Shown here piece by piece: positions 34,249 to 38,771 of a stretch of 38,771 nucleotides of DNA; the first letter of the stretch is position 1; each line of letters opens with the position of its first letter. Under the pieces are notes generated by a model, which saw nothing but the letters and a program-made list of their open reading frames with translations, did not search any database and had not been told where the DNA came from. The stretch spans positions 9,716,930 to 9,755,700 of the forward strand of contig NC_057720.1 of NCBI RefSeq assembly GCF_004010195.1. Reading direction: 5' to 3'. The position numbers were made by a program, and so were the translations under genes. The DNA is from Chiloscyllium plagiosum. Taxonomy: Eukaryota.

Positions 34249-34425
34249 TGTGGCTGTCCAGTCTGCTGGATCTGTGCTCTCTGTCACCAAGCTCCCACCA
34301 TGACAGTGACAAGAACTGCAATGGTAATGTGTGCAACAAGAATGCTACCTGCACAGTGGTGGGCGGGAAACTCGGATGCTACTGTAATGCAGGCTTCACA
34401 GGAGACGGAGTGCGTCACTGCGAAG
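34249..34425 (+). CDS. ADGRL4: ADGRL4/ELTD1 coding exon 2: end of signal peptide and first EGF-like domain
   Basis: Polypyrimidine tract and cag acceptor (ttgttttttttcccacag, ending 34248); donor G|gtagga at 34426; 177 nt, phase 1-1. Translation (V)WLSSLLDLCSLSPSSHHDSDKNCNGNVCNKNATCTVVGGKLGCYCNAGFTGDGVRHCE has a six-Cys EGF pattern. CYCNxGFxGxGVxxCE matches ADGRL4 EGF1 as recalled (human CYCNMGFSGNGVTICED). Confidence 0.88.
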
Positions 34426-35359
34426 GTAGGAAAATGGGCGCTAATAAATGCAATTTTACACAGGTGCAATGCCCATGAATAACAGGGCTGGAGAGTAGCT
34501 TTTAGAACTCAGTCTTGTCATTATATTTAGATTGTATTAGATCCCATTGTTTCTGCTTATCAACAATATGAATATTGACAGCCCAGAGGGTGTTTAATGA
34601 AATAAGGTTACTCAATTGAAGCCTCACCTGACTGAAAAAAAAGGTTGAGGGGTCCAGGGAATACAGAAATGCCTGCTGCAGTTCTCCATTGCCTTCCTCT
34701 TGGCTGTCTCCCTTTCTCTCCCTTTCATCCTCCAAAAGCTCTGTATTCCCAGAGCGCTGACCTCTTGTTTCCCAACTGCATCTTTATTGGCATCACAGCA
34801 GTTAGGAATTCACTTCCTAAACTGTTCCTGCTGCCCCCTTTGCTCACAGCCTTTAGGATATCGGATCACAAGAACATAAGAACAGGAGGAGGCCATTCAG
34901 CCCCTCAAGCTTGTTCCATCTCTTTGCTATCTCTTTAATAAACCTATGCCTGTGGTCAGACCTTCAATCTTCTTTCCTAATGTCTCTGGTATGCTGATAA
35001 TGCTCCTGCAAAGTGCCTTTAAACTATGTTAAAGTGTTCGAGACATGTAGGTTGCTGTTGTTGTTCATTGAAAAAGACGAGTACCAGTCAAAATCCATAA
35101 GCTAGATGCTGCAATGGTTTCACAAAACCAAATGGCAATGGTTTTAAATTACCTGCAATTTGCAGTACAGGAACAGGATACATCAGGTGTTTATGTATCT
35201 GAAATGCCTCTTGACACTCTCATTCACTTTAACTAATCCCAGTAATCTGTCATAAAAACAGAAGGTGCTGGGGAAACTCAGCAAGTTTGGCAGGACCTGT
35301 GGAAATAGAAACAGACTCAGAGTTTCTAATGCAATATGACTCTTTTTCAGAATACCTAC

Positions 35360-35972
35360 ATAGAGTCATAGAGATGTACAGCATGGAAACAGACCCTCCG
35401 GTCCAACACATCCATGCTGACCAGATATCCCAACCCAATCTAGTCCCACCTGCCAGCACCCGGCCTATATCCCTCCAAACCCTTCCGATTCATATACCCA
35501 TCCAAATGCTTCTTAAATGTTGCAATTGTACCAGCCTCCACCACTTCCTCTGGCAGCTAATTCCATACCGTATCACCCTCTGTGTGAAAACGTTGTCCCT
35601 TAGGTCTCTTTTATATCTTTCCCCTCTCATCCTAAACCTATGTCCTCTAGTTCTGGTCTCCCCAACCCCAGGGAAAAGACTTTGCTTATTTACCCTATCC
35701 ATGTCTCTCATAATTTTGTAAACCTCTATAAGGTCACCCCTCAGCCTCCAACGCTCCAGGGAAAATAACCCCAGCCTGTTCAGCCTCTCCCTATAGCTCA
35801 AATCCTCCAACCCTGACAACATCCTTGTAAATCTTTTCTGAACCCGTTCAAGTTTCACAACATCTTTTACCATTAAGTTTATAAGCCCTGCTAAGATTTG
35901 CTTTCCCAAAATGCAGCACCTCACATTTATCTGAATTAAACTCCATCTGCCACTTCTCAGCCCATTGGCCCA
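35360..35972 (-). mobile_element. CR1 LINE 3' fragment with internal deletion
   Basis: ORF KDVVKLERVQKRFTRMLSGLEDLSYRERLNRLGLFSLERWRLRGDLIEVYK. Same subfamily as 25332-26666 but lacking the segment equivalent to ~25840-26065. Confidence 0.9.
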
Positions 35973-36344
35973 CATATTTTTCATTCCTTTTCCTTCGTTT
36001 ATTGAACTCCCTTTTATCCACATTTCACCTATTCCTTGTAATGGTATTCTGATCAATCTCTAAGAAAAGAGATCAATTCTTTATTGGATTTGAGGATGGC
36101 TGCTCAAGAGACAACAACATCCTGGTAATATTACTGTGCTAATACACCAAAGATCCAGGCTAATATTCTGGGGACATGAATTTAAACTTCACCTCACTCC
36201 AGCAGCCAATGGTATTAAAAATTCTGGAGTGTAATGCTGGATTAAGAAATGGGTGATCATAGCAGTAATCATTTGATTGTTATAAAGGGAAAGCTTTGGG
36301 TTCAGTAATGCCCTTTAGGAAAGAAAATTTCTCTCCTTGAAGGG

Positions 36345-36670
36345 AGTTGAAGGACGTTGGTGATGTGGAGAGACTGGGAGAGCTGTGTTGGGTCTCTTCT
36401 TCAGAGAAGTTTGCAACAGTTATGGTAGGGGTGTTCAAATCATGACTGACTTTGCTGCAGTAAGTAAGGCAAAGGTGCAGGAGCTGGACAGACTCGATGC
36501 AGAGACAGTGTTTTCCCTGAGTGGGGAGTCCAGAACCAGAAGTCTCAGGATGTGGCTCAGGTCTGAGATGAGGAAAAGTTCCCTCACTCAAAGGATGGTG
36601 AATCTGTTAAAACTTTCTCTCGCACAGAAGGTTGTGGAGGCCAAATCGTTGAACGAGATAAATACATTTT
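36345..36670 (+). mobile_element. Old CR1 fragment
   Basis: LDRLDAETVFSLSGESRTRSLRM...EMRKSSLTQRMVNL. Confidence 0.7.
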
Positions 36671-36682
36671 AAGACTTTTATT

Positions 36683-37008
36683 CGATTAGATTCATTACAG
36701 TGTGGAAACAGGCTCCTCGGCCCAACCAGTCCACACCGACCCTCCGAAGCGCAACCCACCCATACCTATTCCCCTACATTCACCTCTGACTAATGCACCA
36801 AACACTATGAGCAATTTAGTATGGCCAATTCACCTAACCTGCACATCTTTGGACTGTGGGAGGAAACCAGAGTACCCGGAGGAAACCCACGCAGACACGG
36901 GGAGAATGTGCAAACTCCACACAGACAGTTGCCCAAGGCTGGAATTGAACTCGGGTCCCTGGAGCTGTGAGGCAGCAATGCTAACCACTGAGCCACCGTG
37001 CCGCCCCA
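36683..37008 (-). mobile_element. HE1-type SINE, full length
   Basis: Reverse complement of ggggcggcacggtggctcagtggttagc ... cctgtttccacactgtaatgaatctaatc. Confidence 0.9.
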
Positions 37009-37029
37009 CGCCCTTACAGAATTGTAGAA

Positions 37030-37522
37030 TAGAGAGACTTCAGGGTTCAGGCACATAATTCTTTGAAGTTTGTATCACATAGAGATAGGATTAAGCATGC
37101 TTTCCTTTGTTGCTCATACCTTTGAACATAGGAGATGAGGCGTTTTGTTGAGGTTATACACTACGTTGGTGAGGCCTCTTCTGGTGTACTGTGTCCAGTT
37201 CTGGTCTCCCTATTATTGGAAGGATAAGATTGACCTGGAGAGGGTTCAGAAGAGAGTTACCAAGAGGTTACCGGGAATGGAACGTTTAAGTTATAAGGAG
37301 AGGCTGGGTACGCTGGGACTTTTATCACTGGAGTGTGGGAGGTTGAGGGTTGACCTTATAGAGGTTTTGAAAAATTATGAGGGGTATAGATAAGGTAAAT
37401 GGTAGCTGTCTTTTCCCTAGGGTGGGGATTTCAAGACAAAGAGACATATTTTTAAGGTGAGAGGAGGAAGGTTCAAACACGAACGAGGGACAATATCTTT
37501 ACGCAGAAAGTGGGTCATGTAT
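37030..37522 (+). mobile_element. CR1 ORF2 C-terminal fragment
   Basis: LRLYTTLVRPLLVYCVQFWSPYYWKDKIDLERVQKRVTKRLPGM. Confidence 0.9.
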
Positions 37523-38566
37523 ACAAAGAACAAAGAACAAAGAAAATTTACAGCCCAGGAACAGGCCCTTCGGCCCTCCAAGCCTGAGCCAATCTAAATG
37601 TACTGTCCAAACCTGTCGGCCAATTCCTAAACATCTGTATCCCTCTACTCCCCACCTACTCATGCATCTGTCCAGACGCATCTTAAATGAATCTACCATG
37701 CCTGCTTCTACTGCCTCTGCTAGTAACGGGTGGAGTACTTACCATGTGTATCCCCCTTAAACTTGCCACCTCTCACCTTGAAAGCATGACCTCTCGTTAT
37801 TGAATCACTCACCCTGGGAAAAAGCTTGTCTCTATCCACCCTGTCTATACCCTTCATGATTTTGTAAACCTCAATCAGGTCCCCCCTCAATCTCCTTTTC
37901 CTAATGAAAATAAACCTAACCTACTCAACCTGTCTTCATAGCTAGCACCTTCTATACCAGGCAACATCCTTCTAAACCTTCTCTGCACCCTCTCCAAAGT
38001 GTCCACATCCTTTTGGTAATGTAGTGACCAGACCTGTACACAGTATTTTAAATGCAGCCGAAACAACGTCTTGTACAATTTTAATATGACTTGCCAGCTC
38101 TTATACTCAATACCCCTCCAATGAAGGCAAGCATACTATATGCCTTCTTGACCACTCTCTCCACCGGTGCAGCAACCTTCAGGGTGCAATGGACCTGCAC
38201 CCCCAGATCTCTCTGTCCATCAACTTTTCCCAAGGCTCTTCCATTCATTGTATAATTCATTCTAGAATTAGACTTGCCTAAATGCATCATCTCACATTTG
38301 TCTGGATTGAAAGTCATCCGCCAGTTTTCTGCCCAACTCTCCAGTCTATCTATGTCTTCCTGTATTCTCTGACAGTCCCTTATGCTTTCTGCTACTCCAC
38401 AAATCTTTATGTCATCTGCAAACTTGCTGATCATACCAACAGTGCCTTCTTCTAGATCATTTATGTGTATTACATACAACAGTGGCCCCAATACTGACCC
38501 CTATGGAACACCACTGGTCACCTTTCTCCATTTTGAGAAACTCACTTCAACTACTACTCTCTGTCT
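37523..38566 (-). mobile_element. CR1 LINE (RT C-terminal half to 3' end, (TTCTTTG)n tail)
   Basis: GPLLYVIHINDLEEG...SKFADDIK and YKTLFRLHLKYCVQVWS; tail caaagaacaaagaacaaag at 37523-37545. Confidence 0.92.
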
Positions 38567-38771
38567 CAAAAAGACGGGGTACTGGGCTAATGGTCAGATA
38601 CTTGGTAGTGTGGATGAGCAGAGGGATCTTGGTGTCCATGTACACAGATCTTTGAAAGTTGCCACCCAGGTAAATAGTGCAGTGAAGAAGGCATATGGCG
38701 TACTGGCATTTATTGGTAGAGGAATTGAGTTCCAGAGTACTGAGGTCATGTTGCAGTTGCATAAGACTCTG
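38567..38771 (+). mobile_element. CR1 fragment running off the window end
   Basis: gagcagagggatcttggtgtccatgtacacagatctttgaaagtt (EQRDLGVHVHRSLKV) ... gtcatgttgcagttgcataagactctg. Confidence 0.85.

Noticed and set aside
34249..34425. SUSD1 or ADGRE-family identity for the EGF exon
   Set aside because: The CYCNxGFxGxGVxxCE motif, the WLSSLLD signal segment and the 22-nt first exon fit ADGRL4 better. This rests on recall and needs BLAST confirmation.
34212..34478. Single-exon 88-aa protein as given in the ORF track
   Set aside because: It starts at a TTG in the intron and reads through splice sites; only 34249-34425 is exon.

Overview
This is eukaryotic, repeat-rich genomic DNA from a cartilaginous fish. 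The HE1-type SINEs, Deu-domain SINEs and the CR1, Rex1 and Penelope subfamilies suggest an orectolobiform (bamboo/epaulette) shark; that assignment is from recall, not a search. The only host gene I can support is the 5' end of an ADGRL4/ELTD1 adhesion GPCR on the + strand: a 22-nt first coding exon (14382-14403, MKFILLC-V), a ~19.8-kb intron 1, and a 177-nt exon completing the signal peptide and encoding EGF domain 1 (34249-34425). The proximal promoter carries a cluster of ETS, FOX:ETS and NF-kB motifs. The rest is mostly transposon debris: CR1 LINEs, HE1 and Deu SINEs, two Rex1/Babar LINE fragments, Penelope-like elements (PLEs), a solo LTR and a Tigger-like MITE. The two most notable signals are (i) at least four distinct families of short, often palindromic PLE-derived insertions with 8-13-bp target-site duplications (TSDs), each carrying minimal hammerhead-ribozyme motifs, and (ii) a ~31-copy 46-bp minisatellite amplified from the coding sequence of the Rex1 element it interrupts. 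I see no CRISPR array, no prokaryotic system and nothing I can claim as a wholly new system. Most ORFs in the track are chance or transposon-derived. Repeat boundaries were read by eye and are approximate.
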